NCBI GenBank assembly: GCA_977020255.1
Contig: CDROCS010002923.1
Location: 62,001-126,000 of the forward strand
DNA length: 64,000 nt
Direction: 5' to 3'
Source: Obrimoposthia wandeli
Lineage: Eukaryota
The notes under the pieces are model-generated. The model saw only the letters and a list, made by a program, of their open reading frames with translations, made no database searches and was not told where the DNA came from. Each line of letters opens with the position of its first letter. The stretch's first letter is position 1. Of this stretch, positions 25,638 through 38,587 are shown in pieces. Position numbers and translations under genes: made by a program.

Positions 25638-26565
25638 TATATATTTACCCATTTATTTATTTCGTTTAAGTTAAAATTGTAACTTATGTAATCCAATAAT
25701 TAAACTTGAAATTTTTAATTACTTATAAAGTATTTTAAGGGTTTATACATCTTCTTGACTTGACTTTTCATTATAAAAAAGAGTACAATAAATATATTTA
25801 AATTCGATTTAAAGCTAATAGTTATCAATTAAATTTAATCAAATGCATAAATTATCAAAATAAGAGTATTTTAAATGCTGTTAGTTTCATAACAAAATGA
25901 TTTAATTATTAATCAATCTTTTGTGAACTAATAACTTTGAGTTTGTAACTTATTTGTAATGAATTTTTAAGAAAAATTCAAATTAGATATTTTCTCTTTA
26001 AAGAAAGTGAGATTCATGCTGATTCTAGTGATTATTAGTTATAATATTTTAAGTCAATATGTCACGTACTATCCTCTTAATAATACCATATCTCATTAAC
26101 TTATCAAACATAATTTGATATTTGAAAGTATAAAAACGAGTTTTTATAAATATCATGTGGTAGAAAAGATTGATAACACTGGTCAACAAAAAGCTCTTTA
26201 TTGGCATGGAAACTAGAACAGGATTAGACTAATTTTGTGTTAATGAATCCAAATCTGAACTCAGATTTGCTCTATCACAACATCGATTTGTGCAATCGGT
26301 ATTTTAACAAACACGTTATGCAGGGTTTTGACGGTAGAATGCAATTGTCATGCTGATCTTAAATAATTTGTTCATATCAAATCTTATTTTACAACCAATG
26401 TATTTTTTTCTTTATATAATTTTTTTTTCGAGAATTTTTTGTCGTAGATAATGTTTACTTTATATTTCAATTTCGTCTAGCGATATTCAAAATTTGGTTG
26501 CAAAAAAAGTATCGCTGATTCAAATAGGTTGTCTAAGTCTGAGGCCAGTGACTGGATTATATTAT

Positions 26566-27885
26566 TGTTGGGTTTCTATTTGAAACTATGATTCAGATAG
26601 ATCCTCGTATGGAGGGCACCAACGTGAGTTCTGTAGTAATAGGGCTTACAGATGGATGTAACCTATTTTTGGGTTTATCTTACTTAACTTTTTCTCAAGT
26701 CTGAAGGTTTTATGCTTATGTGTTGCGGGATGTGTACAGAGTTGTATTCACGATATATTAAAAGGGTTTCTGCTAATGTAGTGTGGTGTGTATAGGGCTT
26801 TTTGATGTTCTATTCCTATATGGGTAATCGAAATAACTCTATTTGATTTGTAGGAAAACTCTATTTATTTCACACTCATTAAAAATGTTTCTACAGTTGA
26901 CAATTAGTTTGTCTTATAACACTCGATTCGTACACACTTTAAATAACGATGACCTTAACCTAACGTATTGATTTGAATTTAGTGATTTGAATCCAGTTGC
27001 TAACCCCCTACTTAACCTAGTTTATCAAATCCCAATTTTTAACTGATTGCGATTTCAAGCTAACTCTTCAAAACAGATTTTTATTTTCAAAACTACTTTT
27101 TATTTTTCGAAACAACTTTCTCTTTTCAAAATAACCTTTACTCTTCAAAATAACTTAATTTTTCAAACCACTTTGTTAAATTAAAATCGATTCAAAAATA
27201 CTTTCACTTTATCCAACTTTATTCAATCAATATTGATTCAAAAATACTTTCACTTTATTCAACTTTGTTGTCCTCACTTATGATCCTGATAATCTCAGCT
27301 GCTAGGCTCCTCGTTCCAGTCCTGTCTCCGTTCGGCTCGGTGGCTCCTCTCGGCACTGGATCCTCTCTGTTAGTCTGAATCTGTTCTCTGTTCTGTCTTC
27401 TGTCTACAATGTTCGTAAATATGACTTGATAAAATTCGCGGGTAATTTTGCTTTCGGCCACTGAATAATTATTCTTTTATAGTCTGTCCTCAATGACGGT
27501 TCTGTAAATTGAAATGAGACTCAAACCACTTAAGTTAAAGTCAAATCCACTTAATTTAAGTGCACTTACCTCAAATTGATTATGGATTTATGCAGCTTCA
27601 CAGTTTCCCACGCGTTGATTTATTCCGCGACAGCTGGATTTTTCTCACGAATGTTCTTTATAAAATTAAATTTATCTTTTTTGGGCCTTAGTTAATTAAA
27701 ATCATTATTACATACTTACACACTCCAAATGACCTCTTCAAGGTCCTAAATTATTTTGATTTTATTATTTTTAAACTGATTTTATTATTTTTAAACTGAT
27801 TTTATTTAACATTTAATTCAAAGTTTTTTTTTCTATAAATAGTTTAATTTTAATTTTATAATTCCTAATCCTAAGATTAGTAACA
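26566..27885 (-). repeat. Unclassified dispersed element, copy 1 (TGTTGG...TAACA)
   Basis: Same block order as 59868-62334. The motif GGAGGGC(A/C)CCAACGTGAGTTC is shared with 59914-59935 and, inverted, with ~22908-22931. Confidence 0.55.
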
Positions 27886-28009
27886 TACCAGTCAATATTT
27901 GGACTATTTAGTTAAGTTCCATATTGACCTAACTTAATTTCAGTGAGTATATTTGCCGCTTCAGAATAATTTACATTCCAGATATTGCTGCAATAACACC
28001 TTCTCAGCT

Positions 28010-28066
28010 TTGTAAAAGAAGGTATATGTTGCCTACTTTAAAGTATCACTTGGAGATCAGGACTAA
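28010..28066 (+). pseudogene. Short DNA-transposase-like relic (KKVYVAYFKVSLGDQD)
   Basis: Resembles the AY.LYF...LGDQDK motif remembered from transposon-derived proteins. Superfamily not assigned. Confidence 0.3.
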
Positions 28067-30959
28067 AATAGTTATTAACGGTTTTCATTTTTCAAAAATT
28101 CGTTGGAGAGCTTGGAAAAATGGATGGGTGCTTACAAGGGAATAGTCTCAAACGGTATTCTTCAATCTTAATAATTTTAATTTTATAGTTTCTTCATATT
28201 AAATTGACATTGAATATTTGCTTAATATTTGCTAATTATATATATAATAAAATTTTTAAAAAGTTACAAAAATTTACAAAACTCTGGTTTTTAGTTTCTG
28301 ATATTTCAATTAATTTGCTTATTTTCATTACGAATTTTTAAAACAAAAGTGTTTTTGTAAATAAATTAATGTTTTTTTATGTATAAGCTGCTTGTTTGGT
28401 TTTTTATTTTTACAACTTCTTTTATTAAGTCGTGGCTTATAGAATAATTTAGGATGTAATTGTAAATTGGATAAACGAAAATTTTAGTTCGAATACTGTC
28501 AATTTTTTTAATGTGAAAAATTATTATAACTTATTTATTATACTGTTATTCGTACACATGTTAACATTTTGTTTAAATCTGTTTTAAGATTGAGAAAATG
28601 TTATTCAATATTTAATTTAAAGTTAGTTTTCATAAATAGTTTAGATAAAAGTACTTTATAACGAAATCCATTCTTAAAATGATGTCATTCGGGATAAATA
28701 AAGTGTAATTTAACTTAAACACTACATATGTTAATATTTTGTTGACACTAAATAATAAGTTACTCTAAACATAAACCACTGGTAATAAGCAAATTAAAAG
28801 TAAAATAAATACCTTTATAAAAACTATTAATGTTTTAAAATGTTCGTTAGGAAAAATTAAAGAGTGAGTTAATTTTTGTAGTAATTAAAATTAAACTCGT
28901 GGAGTTAGAAACAAAAGAGTTTTCCAAAAACCCTGAAGTTACCCCAAATATATAACGTTAATAGCAGTGTTAGTATTTTTATAACACGCATAATGGTTTT
29001 TTCATATAATGGGAAGTAAGAAATAAGTTGTTTTTTATAAATATGAGTAATATTATTTATAATTGATTATTTTTGGGTTGCATTTACCATTTTCATATTT
29101 TCTGAAGATGAGTAGAGCTTAACAGGTAAGTAGGTAGATGTGGCAATGACACGATGAGGTCAAAATGTAGGTCATGCCCTTATCGATGACTCATACCCCG
29201 AGGGGTCTTTGTCCTGAAAGACTAACATCAAGTAGGGGGATGGGCGTCTTTCAGGACAAAGACATTATGATTCATAGGGTATGGGACAAGTTAAGGTCAT
29301 AATGAGGTCAAAACAATGACTCATCTTATGACTCATCGATGACTTATCGATGACTCATTGCATGACTCATAATCTATTTTTAGTAACATATTTTAAAACT
29401 ATATATATTTTTATCTAAAGGTTGTATTAACATGCAATCTTCATCAAAAGACATCTCGTATATGTGTGTGTATGTTCAAGGTAAAATCATATATAAGTAT
29501 GTGTAAGTATGTGTGTGTATGTGTGTACTGCCTCGATTTAAAACTATATATATTTTTATCTAAAGGTTGTATTAACATGCAGTCTTCACCAAAAGACATC
29601 TCATGTGTGTGTGTTCAAGCTTAACTTACATACATGTGTGTATGTATGTGTGTACTCTTTCAACTCGCGTGTATAATACCGCTATTCCTATACAACAAAG
29701 GAACTATTCATCATAAAGACATCATGTTTAAATACATCAATTTCCTAATTATATTAATTAAACCTGGGATTATTTAAGCATTATCATAAACACATCAATT
29801 AGATTATTTGAACAAAAGTCATTTAATTGAATGTATTATATAAATTTAATTAGGACATATCTAGGTAATTATATATCATGTTTATTTTATTTTATTCGAA
29901 ATTTTATTATATTATCCATTATTAATTAAAATAGACTTTGTTTTACTGAATCAATAAAATTAATTAATCCAGGAAGAGTATATAAGAGAAATATTTTAGT
30001 TTCAAATCATAATTTATTAATAGAAGAATTACGACAAAATTTGTTAAAGGAGCTAATGGAGAGCAAGCACACTCTGGCGGATAAGTGTTATCTTGCGAGG
30101 GCTTGAGGCTCCGATAGGCTCTGGAAGTAGAAGAGATCCCAGGTTTCATTGGCTGGTCATCAAATTGTTTGCCACTCATCTTGCAAAATGAAAATGGCGA
30201 TGAGGCCCTTGATCACAAACATACACACACTTGAGAACGGACCCAAAGTCCTTATTAAGACTACATAAAACAGATATCAGAGGGGAAGGGAAAATTTTTC
30301 AAAAATATGTTTTTAAACGACACAAAAAATTATTTTTTAAAACTTTAGCTACTTACTATTAAAAGTAGCTAAACGTGCTATCTACTTATAAAAATTAAAC
30401 TAAATTCAATGCAAATATCTACTCATAAAAATAAGTATTATAAAATTTCTAAATTTATTTAATCTAAATTCAATTAAACGATCTACTCATTAAAAATAAG
30501 TATTATATAATTTTTTATAAATATTTTTAAACGTTCGTCTATGTGTTATAATAAAGACAGTCTTGTACTGCATTTATATTGCAAAAACTTGCAACTTTAT
30601 GTAAATTAAATAATTTCTAAATAAAGACAAGTATTTTTTGAAACATCTATTCCTTAAAATCTCAAAGGAGAGTAAAAATATATACATAGACATATAAAAG
30701 TTAATACAATTTCATCCGGGTATAAAAAGTGGCCATAGGCAACTGATCGATTTTTATCTTCCAACTTGCGTTTACCATCGCTACTGCTTAAGGTAATTTT
30801 ACTTAATCTTACAGTTAAAAGTTGCTGATTTAGCGAGCTTATGCTTTGTTGTTGTACACGCTCGCTAACGCCACTCTCATAGACGATAAAGTAATTAGAG
30901 TGTCTAATACCTGTCTGTCGGAGACTAATACCTTTAGCTCTCATCTGAGATTAACCTTC

Positions 30960-33230
30960 TGTAGTCTCTAAGCTATATGATTTTGGACGTAGAAAATTCC
31001 CTTGCCTATAGCTAAATAATCCCTTACTCTAATCTTTAAATTTGCCAATTGCTGTATTAAGCGTCTTATAAAGCGGATGGGTTTTTTGAAATTTCGAGGT
31101 ATCCAACAGTCCATCAGCAATCATATCAAGTAACAATGTTTATTGAACATTTACATTATTACACTTCAAGAAAAAACTATCAGTCTCACCTGCTATAATT
31201 CTAATGTCACAGTTAATTGGAGCTCGATATTTCTCCAACTGCTCATATTGTAGCTCATACATACGAAGTTTGCGTAAATTTAATACTGCCTGGCCTATAT
31301 AACTAGGACGATCCAAAACAATATTTTCCTTATCCAGTAGAACTGTAATAAGCTCCGTATCGATTTCGATTGTCCTATGAAACTGGGCTTTACTACAATA
31401 GGTAACCAGCTTCTGTAGAGTATTACAAATCCGGAGGTTAATTCTTTTCATTAGATTCTCAATGAGTTTTCCAAATAAAGAATTCACCTTCAGTTTGTAA
31501 TACTCTCGCTAGAAATCTGTTGTAGCAGCTCTATAAGAGAATTGTCCTCAATATATTGTGAATAAAAACCTTAGTTTGTTCAATCTGTATTGCTCTGTAT
31601 ACAAAATCTACCTTAGCACCAAGTCTAACGTACATTTGTAGCAATCTAGAATGTACAACTAAATGTTTCTTAGGATAATGTGTTGGTAATAATTTTTCAG
31701 CCTTACTAGAAAAACCCTGATGGACGCTGTTTAATTTGAGCAAGGGGAAGATCGTCAAATTTATTATGTAGCTCATTGGGAATGGATAAATATATTTCCA
31801 ATAAATGAGCGAAGCGACTACATGATAAATCTGTTGATTTTAAGCTGGAAATAATATTCCCACACTCTAACCGATCAGTTACCCAGGAAAATTTACCACA
31901 AGGTAAAAACTGGGACAGTACCCACTCGTACAAGTTGTTCACATCTATATACAAAAGTTCAGTACCGTTGATAGCGTCCACCATGTGTTCATTCACGAAG
32001 ATCATGCCCCCGCAAATCCCGGAGCGGAAGATACAGTACATTTCCGGGTCCTGGATGAGCTCGACTCGTATAGGAGGAGCAGTAGAAGCAGGAGAAGAAT
32101 CCAGGTGAAGCAGTGACTTGAATGCACTGGCGAAAGTCAGTACTGTAAAGAGAAATAAAACATTTAATAAAATCATTACTTAGTGAAAATCATTACTTAT
32201 TGAAAAATTTACTCAATGAAAATTTAGTTAAGGAAAATTAACTTAGAAAAAATGAGTAAAATACAAACCAGGGATGGGGAATAAATTGAGCGGCTCCAGC
32301 TCGTCGTCAGTAATGGCCTTGATCCGGAATGCTGTAAAAACATCTGCTAGAAGGTAGACATCCATCTTCATATAGACCAGCATATAGTATCAGAGCGATG
32401 TGCAGCCGCTCTGAATCCAGACCATCATCGTCATCTCATATTGTGCTGACTTGATCTTCTCATCCCACTTTGGTGTTAAGCTCATAATTTTCACAAAGAG
32501 CAGTCTCTGATACTGCCATATTATACGGGAAGATGCCCTTAGCGCTCACCAGATGTTGCAGGAAGACCGAATGTATTAGAGGAGTCACACCCAAGTTTTC
32601 CACAGGTTTTTTAAGTCCGCTGTTCAAAAACTGTAAGAAATCTATCAAATCGAATACAGACTCCTTTAATATACACCACCATAGCCCGAAATTTCTCTGT
32701 TGATTGAGATATAACAGAGACATTCCAGTCAGAAAACTTGCACAGTGCGTGTTTTAGTATTTGGTGCACATCATTACCCATCAAATTATGAAAAATGACG
32801 GGAAAAGAGCGATTCAGTTTTCTTGATACGTTGCATTTTGTATGTGCTGCTCCGAGGTACTCGCCCGTCATGTGATCGTGATCTCAAACTTTGTTTGTCA
32901 GTTTTTTCTTACATAGGTAACAGATTTTTGCAGCATTGAAACTCGATACCTGTTTTTGTGTAAGTTGTCTCATCTCCTCGATAGCATAATTTTTGTACCA
33001 TGGAAGAACAACCTATTTCGCCAAGTCCGCTAATTATGTGTGTACCCTGTCGTGGCTGCAACTGGAGACATGAGCATACCGGCTGAGATTGAAAGTTGAA
33101 TCTGATGATGTATTCCATGTGGCAGCAGCACAGCCTCAAAGTCCGCATAAACAGCAAAAGGCGGAAAAATCGTTTTTGAAAAGTCCTTAAACTATTCGAT
33201 GTCCACCGAGTACAGATGGTTCCACCTTTT
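30960..33230 (-). pseudogene. Polinton protein-primed PolB, frameshifted, with a 126-nt GT-AG intron (32143-32268)
   Basis: DHMTGEYLGAAHTKCN, FHNL, YMKMDVYLLADVF, motif A YIDVNNLY, motif B NSLFGK, YIGQAVL and motif C-like AGETDSF. Confidence 0.9.
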
Positions 33231-33244
33231 CTCTACGAACCAAC

Positions 33245-33801
33245 TATTTTGCTTCCGTAATCTCAATCAGCGCAGACAACACTAAAATCAACTGGATTTA
33301 TCTTCATTCGAATATCTGCACTTACACCAGGTAAAAGATACTTTGGTTGCTTAAAGAAATTCAAATGGAGACTCCCACAAAGTGACAATACTTTAGATTT
33401 CGCAATTGAAGCTTTTTTTCTTTCTTTACTATCATCAAACCCAATTGCTTCAAGATTAATCAATTTCGTATCATTATCGTAATTCAGTAATGTTTTAATC
33501 ATTCACATTATTGAGACTGAGAATCACATCCTTGAAAAAAAATATATATTAGCTGATTTGATATCCATACCATTATCCAAATCACCTCCACTTTCCTTTG
33601 TAACTTTCAATTTAAAGAGAAATAAACTATCATTCAAATCAAGATATTGAGTATTTGATCCATTTATAATGAATTATAAATCCAGAAAAGATGTCCCGTT
33701 AACCGTATTTGTTGGAAAAATTTCTTCAAACTAGTCCTATCAACCCCAACCCGAGGTATAGGTTTATCGAATATACACAATTCAGTTTTAGGATAACTCA
33801 T
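33245..33801 (-). pseudogene. Polinton major capsid protein, N-terminal half
   Basis: MSYPKTELCIFDKP...YLDLNDSLFLFKLKV...SLCGSLHLNFFKQPKYLLPG, homologous to 7102-8329. Confidence 0.85.
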
Positions 33802-33899
33802 TACTTCAAAATTGTTCCACCTAGTTTCAAACGTTTGTTTATACTCGATGCTTTAGATATTTTCTTACGTTTATAACCACTTCCCTTTTGAGTTTTCTT

Positions 33900-34163
33900 T
33901 TACCAAAATTCAGCTAGATTTGGAGAAATTTCATTCAACTGATCCAAGGCAGCAATTTTTAGTGTGGGAAGTAATTTCTCATCACCAGATAAGTATTTTG
34001 ATCCAACAATAGCAATAAATTTCCCGAGTCGCTTGAGTAGTGGGAAAGCAAAACAACCAAAAACTTTCATCCATCCAGATCCATACCGTTTTCCCAGCAA
34101 ATAAGGCAAATCACCTTCTTGCATAGGTTTACTATATCCATCGATTATACTTGAATCAATCAT
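33900..34163 (-). CDS. Small Polinton/adintovirus ORF between penton and hexon ('gasderminX'-like, GSG motif)
   Basis: RYGSGWMKVFGCFAFPLLKRLG: a G-x-G site followed by an amphipathic helix, in the expected position. Confidence 0.65.
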   Translation of the reverse strand: MIDSSIIDGYSKPMQEGDLPYLLGKRYGSGWMKVFGCFAFPLLKRLGKFIAIVGSKYLSGDEKLLPTLKIAALDQLNEISPNLAEFW

Positions 34164-35182
34164 AATTTACGAAAATGAACCGTTAAACTTGTTTTAGCTC
34201 CGTAAGCAAATGTAATTAATCTTACAGAATCATTAAATATATTAACTTCAATATTGTTTATAGAAGAAGAACTCACTGGAATATACATGAGATTTTCAAT
34301 TGGAATATGTATAACATCCTCATACTTGTACTTTTCCTGTTGAACCCAAATTGCTTTTATTAATGGAAGTTTAGTTCCTCCTACGAATATTAGTTCAGTA
34401 ATACTCGTGTAAATATAAATGTGATTATATGCATTAGTTATTTTAGGAATAATCTTTGCTTTGAAAACAATATTTTTATTTTCAAAGTCATTTCCATCAA
34501 AACCGATAATTGAGGCTAATGATTTATCTATGACAACTTTAACAATATTTGATTTCAATTTGAAATGAATCAATTTATTAACTAGTTTAAAGTTTTCAAA
34601 TACATTTGGTAACACTGTTTTAAAATGTTTACAAATGCTTTCACTATCTGGAAAAAGAAAATCATTGGGAACTGAATATATTTTCCTATCTTGTTTAGTG
34701 AATTTGTTTTTTATCTTGAATGTAATTATTGGATACTTGATATGTTTATCCATAATTCCCGAAACCACATGCTTTCCTTTATCAGAGTTAGTTGGAAATC
34801 CATATTGTTCTGCAACAATCTCATCATTAAAAACTATTTCAAAATTATCACCTTGTCCTGCAATTTGAATTTGATTCTCTTTATTTAAAAAGATTGTGAA
34901 ATCATATCCTGTATTAATACGAGCCAAATCCATATGACCCATGTCAAATAGTAAAGTCACAACAGTTACTTTATCAGTTTCTCGTTGAGTAATATATTTA
35001 ATCTCAGTTTCACTTTGAATAGATAGAGGAGAGTAATTGAAAGAAAATTCCGTAAAATCAGCTTCCAAAGCTACTGGTAAATTGATTGAGCTTTGATAAT
35101 CAATACTAAAATTATTAGCAGTATTATTCGGTTGAGTTAATGGTGAACCATTACTTAATAATACAACATACATTGAATTCAT
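34160..35182 (-). CDS. Polinton minor capsid protein (penton), open ORF
   Basis: N-term YVVLLSNGS...NTANNF; C-term HIYIYTSITE...LPLIKAI...YIPVSSSSINNIEVNI...SLTVHFRK. Uninterrupted frame. Confidence 0.85.
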   Translation of the reverse strand: MNSMYVVLLSNGSPLTQPNNTANNFSIDYQSSINLPVALEADFTEFSFNYSPLSIQSETEIKYITQRETDKVTVVTLLFDMGHMDLARINTGYDFTIFLNKENQIQIAGQGDNFEIVFNDEIVAEQYGFPTNSDKGKHVVSGIMDKHIKYPIITFKIKNKFTKQDRKIYSVPNDFLFPDSESICKHFKTVLPNVFENFKLVNKLIHFKLKSNIVKVVIDKSLASIIGFDGNDFENKNIVFKAKIIPKITNAYNHIYIYTSITELIFVGGTKLPLIKAIWVQQEKYKYEDVIHIPIENLMYIPVSSSSINNIEVNIFNDSVRLITFAYGAKTSLTVHFRKL

Positions 35183-35998
35183 TCTATTTGAGAAGCTAAT
35201 ATCCAACTAGGTTCAGTATATCCATGCCACTTAACTCGATATTGTTTATGCTTTCCGCTCCCTTTTGTCTCTAAGATTTCCTGAATTATATATACATTTG
35301 GTTTCTCGGGCAAGACTTGTAATTCCTCATGATAAATTTACCAGTGGTTATATTATTGGTTTCATCTTCATTGAAATACATTAACGGTACATGTATATTA
35401 TCAATTTTAGTTATACGAAATACTTCATCACTCCAATTCTCTTTGAAATTCTTTATAAAAGGAGTAGTACTAATTTGAGAAATACATACATAATCACCAA
35501 CTTTATACTTGAGTTTCTTTACAACTTGACTTTGGTTACAACGTTGCCTAATTTCTATAGCATTCTAATCTGTAACACCAACAAGTCTCTTCCCATCTAA
35601 TGAGGAGTGTTCACTATGATTGTATGCATGTATTATTTGAAGTAAAACAGTGACCCAGGACTTATTTTCCTGCTTAGTGAAATACGTTTTCAATCGAACT
35701 CTTAATGGAATAGCTCGTGCAAATTTACTAAAGACATCAACAAAAGTTAAAATATATCGATATCCAGCGGTAATACTCGCATATGGAATCATTTCTATCA
35801 AATCTGCTTGCCATAAATCATTTGGGCCGCTCGTTTTGTATGATCTCGTTGGAAACCGACATCTCATTGGTTTGTTTAAGCTAATTGATTTCTCAACCAC
35901 GCCTGAGTTTCCTTTTTCCTCTTCTTTGTCTCTTTTGATAATTTTGAAACTCCTGTGTAACCAACGGGATGACTTGGATCAAACCATATTTTCTCCAT
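35179..35998 (-). pseudogene. Polinton retroviral-like integrase with C-terminal chromodomain
   Basis: MEKIWFDPSHPVGYTG, LWQADL...YRYILTFVDVFSKFARAIPL, GKF..EELQ and YIIQEILETKG...YRVKWHGYTEPSW. Frameshifts and an internal deletion. Confidence 0.88.
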
Positions 35999-38587
35999 TT
36001 CAACAAGACGATTTGATTTTTATATTGAATTTAGGAATAGATGGATGTGATCCCATATATAAATTCATATTATTGAGGCTATTTCTTAGCATTAGTACTA
36101 TGTTTGAATAATCATAGTTAAAGCGTTTTTCATTTTTAATTAATGCATATTATTTTTATTTCTTTTATTTAAATTAATTTAAAATATAAAGTTGATGTTT
36201 TTTTCTTCCTTTTCTTTTCAGAAAATCAGACATTCTAAAAAATAATTTGAATTATACCTCAATTTTTTCTAATATTTGAAACAAATAGTTCTGAGTATAT
36301 AAAAAGGTTTCACCCGTTTGTTACTAACACATAAGTTAAATATTAACAAAAGCTTGATTCTTCTGTTTAATTTGTTTATTTTAACTTTTTAATTATTATA
36401 AAAATATTGTGCCAGTTAAGACTATTCTAATAATATTTTACAATGTATAGCATATTCTGTTTACACCAGAACACCAGATGGTAAAATTTATTAAAATAAT
36501 AAGTAATTTCTGGATTTTCTTTCTTCCTACGTTTATAATTTTTCATTTTTACAGTTTGGCATAGATATTTGACTTCTGAAATAATTAAAATAAAAGGCAA
36601 AAATTTACTCAAGTTCGATTTCAAAACATATTTAAATTATGTTATTATATTAACTATTCTGTTTTGTTTGGACTTAGTCAGGTTTGCGATAAACATAATA
36701 TACTGTATAAAGAAACTGTTCAAAATAACTACGATTTAATATAATATATATAAAATTAATTGAAGCTATAATAAAAAAATATATGAAATAAAGTACTGGG
36801 AATAATAAATAACCATTATTAATCTATGTATATCTGTTGTTAATAATTAATTCTGTAAACTATATAGCATAAAAATATGGTAATAAATAATTTTCAATAA
36901 ACATAAATAATACTGATTTACGCCAATTTTGCTGATTTTTTTATATAGACTTGAATTAGATTGAGTGAGAAAATTTCAAAAATGATTATACATGTTTTAT
37001 GAGAGAGACTTGTTTTCTGAATAATTACAAAATAATATATTGAATATTTATATAATTATTATAAGGATTATAATCACATAATAATATAATGACATTTAAT
37101 CAAGATATCATTTAGGTTATAATCTAACTAGTTTTAGTAAATATATTTAAATAATACTAAACCCTTTTAAAATGTTTGATCAAAAGTTGAAAGAATTTAT
37201 ACTGTGAGATCTTATAGAAAATGTCTAGTGTAAAAAAAAGCAATGAAAGATTATTACTCAATTATGGTTTAGAAACTTTTGCATTTCATTTGTTGCATCT
37301 CTCGTATTTGAGTGCAGTTACATTTAGATATTAATTTTGAGGAAATAACTGGTAAATCTGATGTAAATTATACAGAAATCTTTGCAAATAACACTCTACT
37401 TAGAATGAAATTTATTATAGAAAAAATTATCAACTCATGAAATAAAATAATTATACTTCCGACAGATTTATTGAATCAAAAATATCACAGAATTTCACAA
37501 ATTACATTTTTTGCACAAAACGAAAATAACAAAAAAAGAAATCACAGATAACTAAATCAGAAAAGTAATGGCCAATCGGTTTGAAGGGAATATTTTATTG
37601 GAAATCTGACTAAAGCCAACCAGTCAGCTTAGACCATTTAAGTCTTCAATGATCTGAAAAATAGTTCTGTTCAATGAGATTTAAACGATATAAATCTTTC
37701 TTAATTTTAGGCGAGGATATAAATAATTCATTTACTCGAAAACTTACTTGATCTATAAATATACTCTGGAGCAATATTTTTAAATAAAATCAACTATTTG
37801 TGAAATAATTCTTAAACTTATTTAATGTATATCGGTCAATATTATAAAATGTTAAAATAAATATATTAAATAATTTCTTTGCTCTTAAATAATGTAATTT
37901 TTAAAAATTATAAACTGTATTTTTTGACAATTTTATATTTGGATTCAATATTGGACTTTAATTAAAGATACGTTAATTGTAATGGATTATTATTGTAGCC
38001 TTAATAGATAATGCTTAATAGATAATAATCGGAAAGAAAAATAGCAAGGAAGCTCAGAAGTGAAGGAAAAAATTGAAAAATTGGTTTGATTAATTAAATT
38101 CAGAATAAGAAGATAAGATTAAGTCATAAATAGATTTGGTCAAAACGCTCTTTTTAGAAAAATAATAATAATTGTGATATAAATTATCGATAGAGAATGT
38201 TCAACGATGTTTAGAGAGATTACAGTTTCAAACAGTAGGAAGAAAAATATAGTATAAAAGAGAGCACAAAGAATTAAGATTAATATTTGTTGTATTTGTT
38301 GCTCATTAATTTTGAATATAATTCTGTCTTATTATCAGATGAAAATTTTCCCGATAATTGGAAGAGTTATGTATATTTTTTAAGAACTGTAGATTTAACA
38401 ATATTTTTATATATTTTCAAGCACAAAATAAGTCAACATTTTTACACTTTCAATCATTCGTTTTACAAGATAAAACTACTCTACAAATGTTGGTTCCCTC
38501 TGAAATCTCCCTTAAAATAACTGGTATTTGAAGTGTAGTTGTATTTGTTAAAGCGTATGTTCAGAAGTACTGGGCATGTAACGTCCT

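Larger units (their letters stand above)
29129..36000 (-). mobile_element. Polinton/Maverick remnant with one preserved terminus
   Basis: Terminus AGTAGGTAGATGTG at 29129. Minus-strand gene order is integrase, minor capsid, small ORF, MCP, PolB. No matching second terminus found. Confidence 0.88.
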
